Assembly (NCBI GenBank): GCA_028702045.1
Contig: JAQVPP010000002.1
Coordinates: 1-36,032, forward strand
Origin: Minisyncoccota bacterium
Lineage (GTDB): Bacteria; Patescibacteriota; Minisyncoccia; UBA6257; JAKLIH01
DNA length: 36,032 nt
Reading direction: 5' to 3'
The notes beneath the pieces were generated by a model. The model had not been told where the DNA came from, did no database searches, and saw only the letters and a list, made by a program, of their open reading frames with translations. This document shows positions 10,346-24,146 of this stretch, one piece after another (within the stretch, counting starts at the first letter, position 1; each line of letters starts with the position of its first letter). The translations under genes and the position numbers were made by a program.

Positions 10346-10365
10346 AAACTGGGGGTTTTTATTTT
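10331..10365 (+). terminator. Rho-independent terminator after ORF 9062
   Basis: Stem accctcagt / actgggggt (one G-U pair), an 8-nt loop containing the stop codon, then a T-run (tttttatttt). Confidence 0.7.
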
Positions 10366-10419
10366 ACTTTTTTATTTTTTTAATATATAATTTTAATAGT
10401 AAAAAATAATTTTTTAAAA

Positions 10420-12108
10420 ATGAATTTTAAAAAAATAAAAGCAATTACTTTGGTTGAACTTTTAATATATATTGCACTTAGTATTATAGTAAGTTTAATT
10501 TTATTACAAGCAACTAATTTAATTTTAAATAAAAAAAATATTAATGATGAAATTAAAGAAAATGTAGAATCAATAGAAGCAAGAAAAGCATCTGCATTAT
10601 TATCTCAATATGTTAAAAAACCAATTACAGCAATACCACCATTTATAAATTTACCTCCGTCTCCACCCAATACAGATCCTAGTATAAGTATCCCCATATT
10701 TAACCCATGAGGAGAGTTTGGGCCCATTGATGTAATTATTGGTCCATCTACTGGGAATGGATGTTATTGCATATATTGTACAGTAGCAATGTATGGAAAT
10801 CCACCTGGTGATATTTTTTTACCAACAGCCAAGCAAAATACACCAAAAATTATAGAAACTTGTTATGCGTCATCTAACTTAGTAATAGATTCTTCTCAGT
10901 CTAGCCAAGGGCTTAAAAATGGTATAGCTTGATCAGATTGTCCCCCTATGGAAGATCAGTCTCATGATTTAAAATTAACAAATTTAATAGCTGGAGCCAA
11001 AAATACATCATCTACAGAAGAAGCAATTGAATATTTAGAACAAGAGAAAAAAACATTAGGGTGTTATGAATCTAAAGTTAAAGAAGAAAGATTTGAAGAT
11101 AATATTTCAGTATGTGATTCTATTGATCAAAAAATTCAAGAAATACTACATCTAGATAAAGTTATTGATGATGAATGTCCCTATTGTGTAAATATGAAAA
11201 TTATTTGAATTCCTTGGCCAAACCCACCAAAACTTCCTGGCGGACCAGGACAAGGGAAAGGAGAAGAGTATTATGTTTCAAGTATTGGCACTTCTCCAAT
11301 AGACAATTTTAATAGATTTGCATGATCAAGTAATGTTGGATGAATAGATTTTTCAGGAGTAAGAACAAGTAAAAATAGTTTTGATTTAAATGGTTTTGCC
11401 ACAGTAGTAAGTAATAATAGTAAAATTTCTTTAAACTGCGAAAACACAAATTCTTGTAAAAACTCAGATTACAAAGTTAGTGTTAGTGATCAAGGTGTTT
11501 TGCATGGGCATGCCTGGGGGGGAGACACTCTAGGCTGAATTAGTTTTAATTGTCAAGAAGGGGGTCAAGATGGCGAAAATATATGTGATACATCTCTTTA
11601 CGGAGTATATATAGAACCACAAACAGCCAAGTTTAATGGTTACGCTTGATCAGAAAATATTGGCTGAATTAGTTTTGACTGTTCAACGGGGGGTACTGGA
11701 ATGACAAATGTCTGTAGTTCCTCTGACTATGGAGTACAAATGTCATATTTAAAAGAAGGATATATTACTTTAGGATTTGACGAAGGCTCATACACTATTC
11801 CTTTAGAGGGGTATAACAAATATGATATAGACTCAGTTTCCAACACTACAGCTACAAATGATGGAGTATTTACTTTAACTAGTATTTCAGGTAGTAACTT
11901 TATGACAGGTGCCTTAGTATACTTATATAATAAGGACTACGGTAATGTATACTCAATCAATACACCTACATACAACTCAAATGAGATGATATCAAATATT
12001 CAATTTGATTTAGAGGATAAGCCTACAGGATATTACTCAGCTATATTTGTAAATCCTAATGGCGATTATGGAATTTTAAACAATGCAATCAATGTCACAT
12101 CAAACTAA
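10420..12108 (+). CDS. Pilin-like protein (562 aa) with Pro-rich linkers, three AWSxNxGWIxF repeats and a C-terminal Ig-like (IPT/TIG-like) region
   Basis: Track ORFs 10420-10710, 10948-11208 and 11701-12108 share a frame joined by TGA (10708, 10930, 11206, 11323, 11341, 11536, 11647, 11665). The N-terminus is MNFKKIKA|ITLVELLIYIALSIIVSL. The C-terminal stretch FTLTSISGSNFMTGALVYLYN...GYYSAIFVNPNGDYGILNNAINV resembles IPT/TIG, but that call is weak. Confidence 0.78.
11308..11715 (+). repeat. Three tandem coding repeats with the motif A-W-S/G-x-N/D-x-G-W-I-x-F
   Basis: FNRFAWSSNVGWIDF (11308-11352), HGHAWGGDTLGWISFNC...C (11500-11586) and FNGYAWSENIGWISFDC...C (11632-11715). At DNA level, ggctgaattagtttt recurs at 11533 and 11662. 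Most of the Trp codons are TGA. Confidence 0.8.
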
Positions 12109-12694
12109 AAAAGCTATGTCAAATATCTTTTTAGTAATCTTTATAGGAGCGTTACTCTCTCTTATATTTGCAGGTTTTATTTTAATCAATACAACCAATA
12201 TTGCAAAAATAGAAAAAGATATTGCCAGACTAAAAATAAAAAATAAAGTTTCATCAGGAGCAGTATTTGCTTTTGTCAATTTTTTACAAAATCAAAATGA
12301 TATTGATGACGCACTTGATACAAACAACGAGCTCCAGTTTTTAAACAGAGATGACGAATTATCTGTGTTAAGTGGTACAGAGATGTACTTTGATGCTAGT
12401 AGTGTTCCACCTACATATCCAAGCTATGAAGGAGGATATTTAGAAGATATATCTACCCAATCAGGACTTATTCCAGAAGATGGATATTGTACAGATGGGT
12501 GTTTGCGTGTATATAGTCTAGGTATGCCATATCAAGAAAAGAGATCTACTTTTGAAATTAGTGATTACTATTTTTTCTATCCACTTACAGCAACCAATAC
12601 AGATCCCCAAGCCATCTCTCCATTACAAAATGGAATATATGCTCCTAATATTTCTGATATCCGTTTGCCAAACTTTAACTTTACTTTTAACTAA
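12083..12694 (+). CDS. Membrane-anchored pilus-associated protein, hypothetical (PilX/minor-pilin-like position)
   Basis: ORF with a single N-terminal TM, NIFLVIFIGALLSLIFAGFILI, sitting between a pilin gene and pilM. The start is either ATG 12083 (overlapping the upstream gene) or ATG 12116. Confidence 0.6.
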   Translation: MQSMSHQTKKAMSNIFLVIFIGALLSLIFAGFILINTTNIAKIEKDIARLKIKNKVSSGAVFAFVNFLQNQNDIDDALDTNNELQFLNRDDELSVLSGTEMYFDASSVPPTYPSYEGGYLEDISTQSGLIPEDGYCTDGCLRVYSLGMPYQEKRSTFEISDYYFFYPLTATNTDPQAISPLQNGIYAPNISDIRLPNFNFTFN

Positions 12695-12731
12695 AAGTAC
12701 TTTATAATTTATATGTTTATATTATTAGTTT

Positions 12732-14360
12732 ATGAAAAAAATTTCCTTTTTAAATAAATTTAAAAAATACTTATCGCCACAAGAAAATGCTGGTGCTTTT
12801 GAAGTAAATGATAAAACAATCAAGTGTTTTTATTTTGAACCAAATACATATAAGATATCATATTATGATATTGAGCAATTAAAGCCTGGCACAATAGAAA
12901 AAGGGGAAATAAAGAATTTACCAGAATTTGAAAAAACTTTATTAAAAATCAAAAATAAAAGAAAAAAGTTTTTTAAAAACAATCCATATATTATCTTATC
13001 TCTTCCAGCTGAAAACTTTTTCACAACAGTCATAGAGGTTCCTAAAGATACACTCAACTTTTCTAATTTAGAAGATACTGTTAAGTTAAATATAGAGAGT
13101 ATAACTCCTATCCCTTTAGAGGAAGGATATCTAGACTGGGAGTCAATAGAAGAAGAGGGTTCTGAAAATCTATCTATCTTTACTGGTATTGGGAAAAAGT
13201 CATCTATTGATATTTATCTTTCTTGTTTTTATAAAAATGGATTCAAAGTATTGGCTGTAGAAAAGCCAGCCTTAGGATTATCTAGGTTTGTTTTTAATTA
13301 TTCAAATATAAAAGTTCCATACTTACTCGTAAACATAGATAGAGATGGAGTAGATTTTTTAATAGCTGATGATAAAAAAATATATTTCTATGATTTTGAT
13401 GAGTGATCAAAAATTACTCAATTTCCTATTCAACAATTTTTAAATACCAGTGACCTTACTGCATACTATACAAGAAAAATAAATCAAATACTTAGTCATC
13501 ATGAAAATAAGAATCATATCAAGGTTCAAGGTTTTTATTTTTTCAGCTTAGTTCCTAATATCAAGCAATATTCCATTACCTTTATCCAAAACACATTCAA
13601 ACTACAGTTTATTCAAAATCAACTTCCAGGTAATATTCAAAAATTATCAGAAGAGTGAAACGGGGTAATAGGATCAGCTTTTAGAGGACTTATCCCAAGG
13701 GCCAAAGATACTATCATAAGCATGATGGCCATAGGCACAGAAGAAGAGTATCAGCAAACTAAATTGTTCAGATTCGTATATATGTGAGCTCGTTTTATTT
13801 CTATTTTATTTTTGTCTAGTGCAATAATCTTTTGATCACTAAATACTTTTGTTTTCCAGAAATTAAACAAGCCTCAAGAAATAACTCAAACATCACAACA
13901 ATCTAAGCTATCTCAAGATAAGGTTGCCCTAGAGGAACAGCTAGAGTTATTTAATTACTATGTTCCAAGATTAATCAATGTATACAAGGAGCAACCAAAG
14001 TACAGTGAGTATTTTTCTGATATACACTTACTAGCTAGTCAAAACAATATTGATATTTTAGAAATATATTATGGAGGAAATATTACCAATATTACCATCC
14101 AAGCCAAATCAACTTCAAAAAAATCAATAACAAATTTTAAAAAGGATCTAGAAACTTTAGAGAATTTTACCTATGTATCCTCACCAGTAGAGTCCATATC
14201 AAATGAAAATGGAAAATACTTCTTTACAATTAAGATAAGCTATGGAAAAGATGCACCAATAGTACAATCTTCTCAAGAAATTAGTCCAACCAGCACCATA
14301 GATATACAGACAACCACTACAAAAAGCAAAGAAACAACAATATTAACCTTACCAGAATAA
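12732..14360 (+). CDS. pilM: PilM-PilN(-PilO-like) fusion protein (542 aa)
   Basis: Track ORF 12732-13406 continues in frame through TGA at 13404, 13656, 13785 and 13833 to TAA at 14358-14360. The N-terminal half is PilM/actin-like (LSLPAENFFTTVIEVPK, LDWESI, VLAVEKPALGLSRF, LLVNIDRDGVDFLI). A TM follows (WARFISILFLSSAIIFWSLNTFVF), then a coiled, PilN/O-like periplasmic tail. Confidence 0.65.
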
Positions 14361-14447
14361 TGAAAATATTAATCAAATATAAAACAAAGATATTTCCTAA
14401 AACCAAGTCTTTTAGGGTAAAAAGGAGTGAAGATATATGGCAGGGTA

Positions 14448-14475
14448 TTGACAAATTTTTAAAAAATGATATAAT
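14448..14475 (+). promoter_or_regulatory. Near-consensus extended -10 promoter upstream of rpoB
   Basis: TTGACA (14448-14453), a 16-nt spacer, then TGaTATAAT (14467-14475). It lies about 220 nt upstream of the rpoB ATG. Confidence 0.6.
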
Positions 14476-14647
14476 CAAAAAGAATAAAATATTAGGCATA
14501 TCTTTTAAGTATGAAAAAGGTGAGCCTAAGAGCCAAGTAGGAGAAAGGGTGATAAATACCATTTCAAAGGGCTTAAAAATTTCGCAAAAATTTTAAACTT
14601 TTTATCATAAAAACTTTTATCCTAAAATCTTAAAATTTATATACAAG

Positions 14648-14675
14648 ACCTTTCTAAAAAGGTTATTTTTGCTTT
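14648..14675 (+). terminator. Terminator-like hairpin / possible attenuator in the rpoB leader
   Basis: ACCTTT-ctaa-AAAGGT (6-bp stem) followed by tatttttgcttt. It ends about 22 nt before the rpoB start. Confidence 0.4.
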
Positions 14676-14697
14676 AAAAAATTTAAAGTTAGAACTT

Positions 14698-17600
14698 ATG
14701 AATTATTCACAAACAAGAAATTTGCAAAAAAAGAATTTTGCTACAATTCCTAATGATTTTATTACACAATCATTACTTGAATTTCAGTTAAATAGTTTTA
14801 AGGAATTTCAAGAAATGGGAGCCAAAAGAATATTCAACGATGTATTTCCTATCTATGATTATAGTAAGGAACTATTTCAGTTAGAATTTGTTGACCTATT
14901 TTTTGAAGAACCAAAAATATCTGTTGAAGAAGCCATTGAAAAAAATGGATTCTATACTTCTTCTTTAAGAGGTATTTTTAGGCTCACTAACTTAAAAACT
15001 AAAGAGAAAAAAGAGCAAGAAATATATTGTGGAGATATTCCTGTTTTAACAGACAGAGGTACTTTTGTTATTGATGGAAATGAAAGAGTTGTTATTTCTC
15101 AATTATTAAAGTCTCCAGGTGTTATTTTCACAACCAAATTCTCACCTCACTTAAATACTAATGCAACTGTTTGTTCCCTTACTCCAGAGCGTGGAGCTTG
15201 ACTTGAGTTTACTACAGAATCATCAGGTATAATTACAGCTAAAATAGATAGAAAAAAGAAAGTTCCTTTTACTGTAATTTTAAAAGCCTTTGGCGTAAAG
15301 GATAATGATGAAATAAAGCAATTATTCCAATCAGTAGATACAGGAGTAATATCTTTTATTGAAAAAACTTTAGAAAAAGATACAACTACAGATACCAAAG
15401 AAGCTATTCTTGAGATTCACAGAAGAATGAAACCAAGAGAGCATCAAGCTTATGATAACGCTCTTGATTATTTTAATAGTAATTTTAAGAGATTTGATAG
15501 ATATGATTTAAGTAGAGTTGGTAGATACAAGATGAACAAGAGATTAGGTTTTAAAGATTTATCTCCAGCAGAATTAGAAAATAGAGATAATAGATTATTA
15601 ACTTTAAAGGATCTTATTGAATCATCCAAAACTTTAATTCAAATGAATAATGACTTATCATCTAAGAGTGATGTTGTTGATCATTTAGGGAATAGAAGAG
15701 TTAAGCCAAATGGTAAATTACTTGAGGCAAAACTTTATCAATCATTAATTCAAATTAAAAGACAAGTTCAAGATAGAATGGCCCTATTAGACCATGCTAC
15801 ACTAACAGCTGCTCAACTTATTAGTCCTAAAGTAATATCAGCTAACTTTACTAGTTTCTTTAAGATATCTCCTCTTTCACAAATAGTTGATCAAGTTAAT
15901 GTATTATCTGAATTATCACATAAAAGAAAATTAACCAGTACAGGTCCTGGTGGTATTAAATTAAAAACAAAATCAGGTGCAGAGATTAGAGATGTACATC
16001 CAAGTCATTATGGAAGAATCTGTCCAATCAACACTCCAGAAGGACAAAATGTTGGATTAGTTTTAGCTTTATCAATATACTCTAGATTAAATGAATTTGG
16101 TTTTATTGAAACTCCATACTATAAAGTAAAGAATGGAAAAATATCAAATGAAATAGTTTGATTAAATGCCCTAGAAGAAGAAGATCATATTATAGCTAGA
16201 GGAGACATTGATCGTGATAAAAATAATAAAATTATTCACGAATATGTTGAGTCAAGATACAAAGGAGAACCAGTTTTAAAACCAAGAGAAGAAATAGATT
16301 TAATTGACGTTGCTCCTAATCAATTATTATCAGCTACTACAGCCTTAATTCCATTTATCCAACATGATGAGGCTCACAGAGCCCTTATGGCTACTTCCAT
16401 GCAAAAGCAGGCCTTACCTTGTATTAATATAGAAAAACCATATGTTGCTACAGGTCTTGAGGAAAAAATAGCCAGAGATTCAAAAAGATTAATCTTAGCT
16501 AAACATGATGGAAAAATAGAAGAAGTAGATTCAAAACATATTGTAGTAAATATTGGTAAAGGAAATAAAGATATTTATTTGCTAGACAATTTTGTTAGAA
16601 CAAATAAAAAGACATTCCTTCATCACAAACCTATTGTTAAAAAAGGTGATTCTGTTAAGCAAGGTGATATTTTAGCTGATAACTCTTCTACAGAGGATGG
16701 ACAACTAGCTTTAGGAAATAATATCAGAATTGCTTTTATGCCATGATATGGTTATACATTTGAAGATGCCTGTATTATTTCTGAAAAGATGTTAAAGGAA
16801 GATAAGTTCACTTCTGTCTATACAGAAAGATTTGAAATAGAGCAAAAAGAAACAAAACTAGGTAAAGAAGAGTTAACTAACGATATTCCTAATGTTTCAG
16901 AAAAACAATTAGCTAATCTAGATGAGGAAGGTATTATTGTAGAAGGAGCAGAAGTTATTCCTAAAGATATTTTAGTAGGAAAAGTTTCTCCAAAAGGAGA
17001 ACTTGAGCTTACTCCAGAGGAAAAATTAATGAAAGCAATTTTTGGTAAAGAATCCAAGGATATCAAAGATACTTCTTTAAGATTAGAGAATGGTAAAAAA
17101 GGAAGAGTTATCCATACCAAAGTATTAACCAGAAAAAATGGAGACAAATTAAAAGTAGGTGTAATTAAAAAGATTTTAATTGAAATTGCTGAATTAAGAA
17201 AATTAAAAACAGGAGACAAATTAGCAGGAAGACATGGTAATAAGTCTATTATTGCTTTGATTGCTCCAGAAGAAAATATGCCATTTACTAAAGATGGTAA
17301 ACCAGTTGATATCATTATTTCATCTTTGAGTATTCCTAGTCGTATGAACATAGGACAAGTATATGAGTCTCAACTAGGTATTATTGCTAAAGAAAAGAAT
17401 TTCCAAGCAATTACTCCTTCATTTAATCATGTTAGTGCTCAATATATCCAAGAAGAGCTTAAAAAACTTAACCTAGATATTGATGATACAGGAAAAGTTG
17501 ATTTATTTGATGGTATTACAGGAGAAAAGTTTAGTGAAAAAGTATTAGTAGGTATTAAATATTTAATGAAACTTGATCACATGGTTGATGACAAGATTCA

Positions 17601-17916
17601 TGCTCGTTCAGTTGGTCCATATGCCTTAATTACTCAACAACCACTTAAGGGTAGAACTAACGAGGGAGGTCAGAGATTAGGAGAGATGGAGGTCTGAGCT
17701 TTAGAGGCTTATGGCGCAGCCAAGACTCTTCAAGAATCTATTACAACCAGATCAGATGATATTGTTTCAAGAAGCTTAGCTTACTCATCTATATTAAAAG
17801 GTGAAACTATCCAACCACCTGTTTTGCCAGCAGCTTTTGATGTTGTCTTAAGCGAATTAAAAGGTCTTTGCCTAAATGTCAAGATAAAATATATCGAGGA
17901 ATATAAAAATCAATAA
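14698..17916 (+). CDS. rpoB: DNA-directed RNA polymerase subunit beta (1072 aa)
   Basis: Four track ORFs (14698, 15427, 16387, 16789) share one frame joined by TGA at 15199, 16159, 16744 and 17695. At least three of the four sit on Trp positions conserved in RpoB (RGAW-LEF, FMPW-YGY, GEMEVW-ALEAYGA). The stop is TAA at 17914-17916. Confidence 0.97.
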
Positions 17917-17932
17917 AAATTAAATTTTTATT

Positions 17933-21560
<3,628 letters not shown>

Positions 21561-21577
<17 letters not shown>

Positions 21578-22766
21578 TATAAAGAAAGCCAAGAAATTTA
21601 TTTACCTAGATAATGGTGCGTCAACCCCTATTGATCCACAAATTTTAAGGTTACTCAGTAGAACACTTAATAAGTTTTATGCTAACACCAAGTCCATACA
21701 TCAAAAAGGACAAGAAGCTAAAGATTTATTAGAAAAATCAAGAGAAGGTTTTGCCGAAAAACTTAAAACTTCTCCTGGAGAAATTATTTTCACCTCATCA
21801 TCAACAGAAAGCAATAACTTAGCATTAAAAGGTGTAATTAACTTTACTTCAGAAAAAAAACATTTAATTATTTCCAATATTGAACATTCTTCAACAACTA
21901 AAGCAGCCAAATATCTAAAAGACTTAGATCACGAAGTATCAATAGCTGTTGCAGATAAAAATGGATTAATTGATTTAGATCATTTTAAATCATTAATTAA
22001 AGAAAATACTCTTTTAGTCTCATTTAATTATGTTAATCACGAATTAGGTACTATACAACCAATTAGTGATATAGTTAAAATAATTAATCAAGAAAGAAAA
22101 AAGAGAGTTAAAGAAGGAAACAAAACTCCTATCTATCTTCATATTGATGCCACTCAGGCCTTTGGTCACATGCCAATTAACATAAAAGATATGGGAATTG
22201 ACTTGCTTACTGCATCATCTCACAAAATATATGGCCCAAAAGGAGCAGGGCTACTCTATGTCAAAAAAGGAGTAAAGATAAAACCACTCTTTCACGGAGG
22301 AGAACATGAGTTTGGTATTCGTGCAGGTAGCGTAAATTTACCAGCTATTTATGCTTTTTACAAAGCTTATGAGTTAGCTTTGCAAAGAATGAAAAAAGAT
22401 GATCAAAAGTATAAAAAAATGAAAAAGCTCATAATAAAAGAAATTACAAAAAAAATACCAGAATCTTTTATTAATGGAGATCCAAAACTTCAATTAAATA
22501 ATGTTGTTAATGTCAGATTTAATAATGTAGAAGGAGAGACACTAGCCTTTACTCTAGACTACAATAATATAGGAGTATCTACAGGATCTGCTTGCGCAAT
22601 AAATTCAATTTCAGACTCAACCTTATTTTCTATAGGACTTCGTCCAAATGAAATCCAATCATCAATAAGAATTAGCTTGGGAAGATTTACTTCTCAACAA
22701 GATATAGACATATTTTTAAAGATTCTTATTAAGTGTGTAACTAATTTAAGAAAAATATCTAAATAA
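21561..22766 (+). CDS. nifS: Cysteine desulfurase (class V aminotransferase, NifS/IscS type)
   Basis: PLP-lysine motif SSHKIYGPKGAG and active-site loop STGSACA. Length 401 aa. The start overlaps the rpoC end by 17 nt. Confidence 0.9.
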
Positions 22767-22770
22767 TTTT

Positions 22771-23268
22771 ATGCAATATAGTAACAAAGTTTTAAAATTT
22801 TTTAAAAGACCTAAACACTCTGGACAAATGAAAAATCCAGACACAATAGGTACAGCAGGTAGCTTACACTGTGGTGACACTATGGCTATCTATCTTAAAA
22901 TTGCAAAAAATAAAAAGAATCAGGAATTTATTAAGGATGTCAAATACAAGACTTTTGGATGTGTAGCGGCCATAGCATCTTCAGAAGCTTTAGCTAGAAT
23001 AATTAAAAAGAAAACTTTAAAAGAATGCCTTGAGTTAAAAAATAATGATCTTGTTTATGAACTACATGGTCTTCCAGATATTAAGATTCATTGCTCATTA
23101 ATTGGTATAGATGCTTTAACTGATGCAATATATCTTTATTATTCTAAAAATCACCCAGAACTAATTACCAAAGAACTTCAGGATAAAGAGGATGAGATTA
23201 ACAGGAAAAAACAAATCTTAGAGACAAGATATAAAGAATGATATGATAAAGAAATGAATGATTTTTAA
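22771..23268 (+). CDS. nifU: Fe-S cluster scaffold protein (NifU N-terminal / IscU type)
   Basis: Three cluster-ligand Cys contexts: SLHCGD, KTFGCVAAIASS and KIHCS. It reads through TGA at 23239 to TAA at 23266-23268. Confidence 0.88.
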
Positions 23269-23271
23269 TAG

Positions 23272-23300
23272 AAAAGGAGGTTTTTCAACCTCCTTTTTTT
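23272..23300. terminator. Bidirectional rho-independent terminator between convergent genes
   Basis: Perfect 11-bp stem aaaaggaggtt / aacctcctttt, loop tttc, with an A-run and a T-run on either side. Confidence 0.85.
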
Positions 23301-23310
23301 GTTCATTTTT

Positions 23311-23733
23311 TTACTCCTTTTGTATTTGGTCTAATTGACCAAATAAGAAATAATCAAAATTATTTCTTGTTAAATTCTTTATCTTAAAGATAAAGGTAAC
23401 ATTTTTTGCCCACCCATCTTTAAAATTAATTCTTACAGAAAATAAATTTATTTTTACTTCTACTAACACCACAGGTATGTGATATGCAAGACAAACCTGT
23501 AGAGTTTTTCCTTCTTGTTTTACAATATATGGACTTTTTAAGCGCTCAAAGGCGTAAAAAAAATCCCTTTCTACAATAGATTTGTTTTTTGAAATCTTGG
23601 TCTCGTAAATATCTATTAAAATAAATAATACCCACGAGAGCATGGCCAAAATTAAAAAAATATAGCTATTAAAAATAACGCTTTCTATTGAAAATATTAC
23701 TATTAATATCGAAAACATTTCTGATATTTTCAT
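23311..23733 (-). CDS. Hypothetical 2-TM membrane protein (140 aa) with a beta-rich C-terminal domain
   Basis: Intact ORF translationally coupled to the upstream gene (TAATG overlap, GAAAGGGG before the ATG). Two N-terminal hydrophobic helices. Trp codons are TGG only. Confidence 0.6.
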   Translation of the reverse strand: MKISEMFSILIVIFSIESVIFNSYIFLILAMLSWVLFILIDIYETKISKNKSIVERDFFYAFERLKSPYIVKQEGKTLQVCLAYHIPVVLVEVKINLFSVRINFKDGWAKNVTFIFKIKNLTRNNFDYFLFGQLDQIQKE

Positions 23734-24146
23734 TACAAACCCCTTTCTTCATTTAGAATCTTTTCTAGATTCTCTAAATTTGTTAGCAAAATTTCTTTGC
23801 TGTTTTTGAAATTTTTATCTTTGCTAACATAAATTTTATTAGACCCTATTTTTATATACGAAATTATTTTCCAATTAAAATCTTTATCATCATAATTTTT
23901 AACGACAAATAAATTGTTTTTTTCATGTTCAATAATTATACCTTTATAAGGATAATATATTTGTTTGGATACTTGTTCCATAATTTTTTTATATTTTCTT
24001 GAATAAACAACTAAACAAGAAATTAAAAAAATGGATAAAACTAGAAGCAAAAATTTAAACCACAATGGAAATCCCGCCACGAACCCCACAACTAATGCTG
24101 CAAGATTCAAAGAAATTAGAGTAGTAAATGTATCTATATTGTTCAT
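23733..24146 (-). CDS. Hypothetical 2-TM membrane protein (137 aa), same architecture as its downstream neighbour
   Basis: Intact ORF with a strong SD (TAGGAGG 6 nt before the ATG). A candidate promoter lies on the minus strand (TTGTTC-17-TATGGT with TG). It has two TM helices followed by a ~90-aa soluble domain. Confidence 0.6.
   Translation of the reverse strand: MNNIDTFTTLISLNLAALVVGFVAGFPLWFKFLLLVLSIFLISCLVVYSRKYKKIMEQVSKQIYYPYKGIIIEHEKNNLFVVKNYDDKDFNWKIISYIKIGSNKIYVSKDKNFKNSKEILLTNLENLEKILNEERGL

Noticed and set aside
10363-10391. Possible promoter for the third pilin gene: TTTACT-17-TATAAT after the ORF 9062 terminator.
   Set aside because: The -35 is weak (4/6) in a nearly pure A/T stretch where such matches arise by chance. 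It is not listed as a feature, but it is relevant to whether the IS insertion is polar.
14422-14487. An SD-like AAGGAG followed by ATG 14437, giving a 16-codon mini-ORF (MAGYWQIFKKWYNQKE under TGA=Trp) that overlaps the promoter.
   Set aside because: It is too short and overlaps the -35/-10 elements. It is most likely coincidental, though a leader peptide cannot be excluded.
14360-14596. A 78-aa Lys-rich ORF coupled to the pilMN stop (TAATG), mirrored by an 81-aa ORF on the opposite strand (14317-14562).
   Set aside because: I did not call it as a CDS. A near-consensus promoter lies inside it, both strands are open (a sign of compositional chance), and there is no recognisable family. It is kept as an alternative in the rpoB-leader finding.
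16818-17351. Antisense ORFs in the track: 1816-2055, 3143-3373, 3689-3871, 6281-6508, 9412-9633, 12863-13057, 15147-15398, 16818-17351, 19507-19746, 21701-21910, 25710-26006, 26576-26764, 30781-30963, 31398-31595 and 33793-34002, all on the minus strand.
   Set aside because: Each lies wholly inside a well-supported + strand gene. They have low-complexity Ser/Leu/Phe/Ile-rich translations typical of shadow frames in AT-rich DNA, and no start signals.
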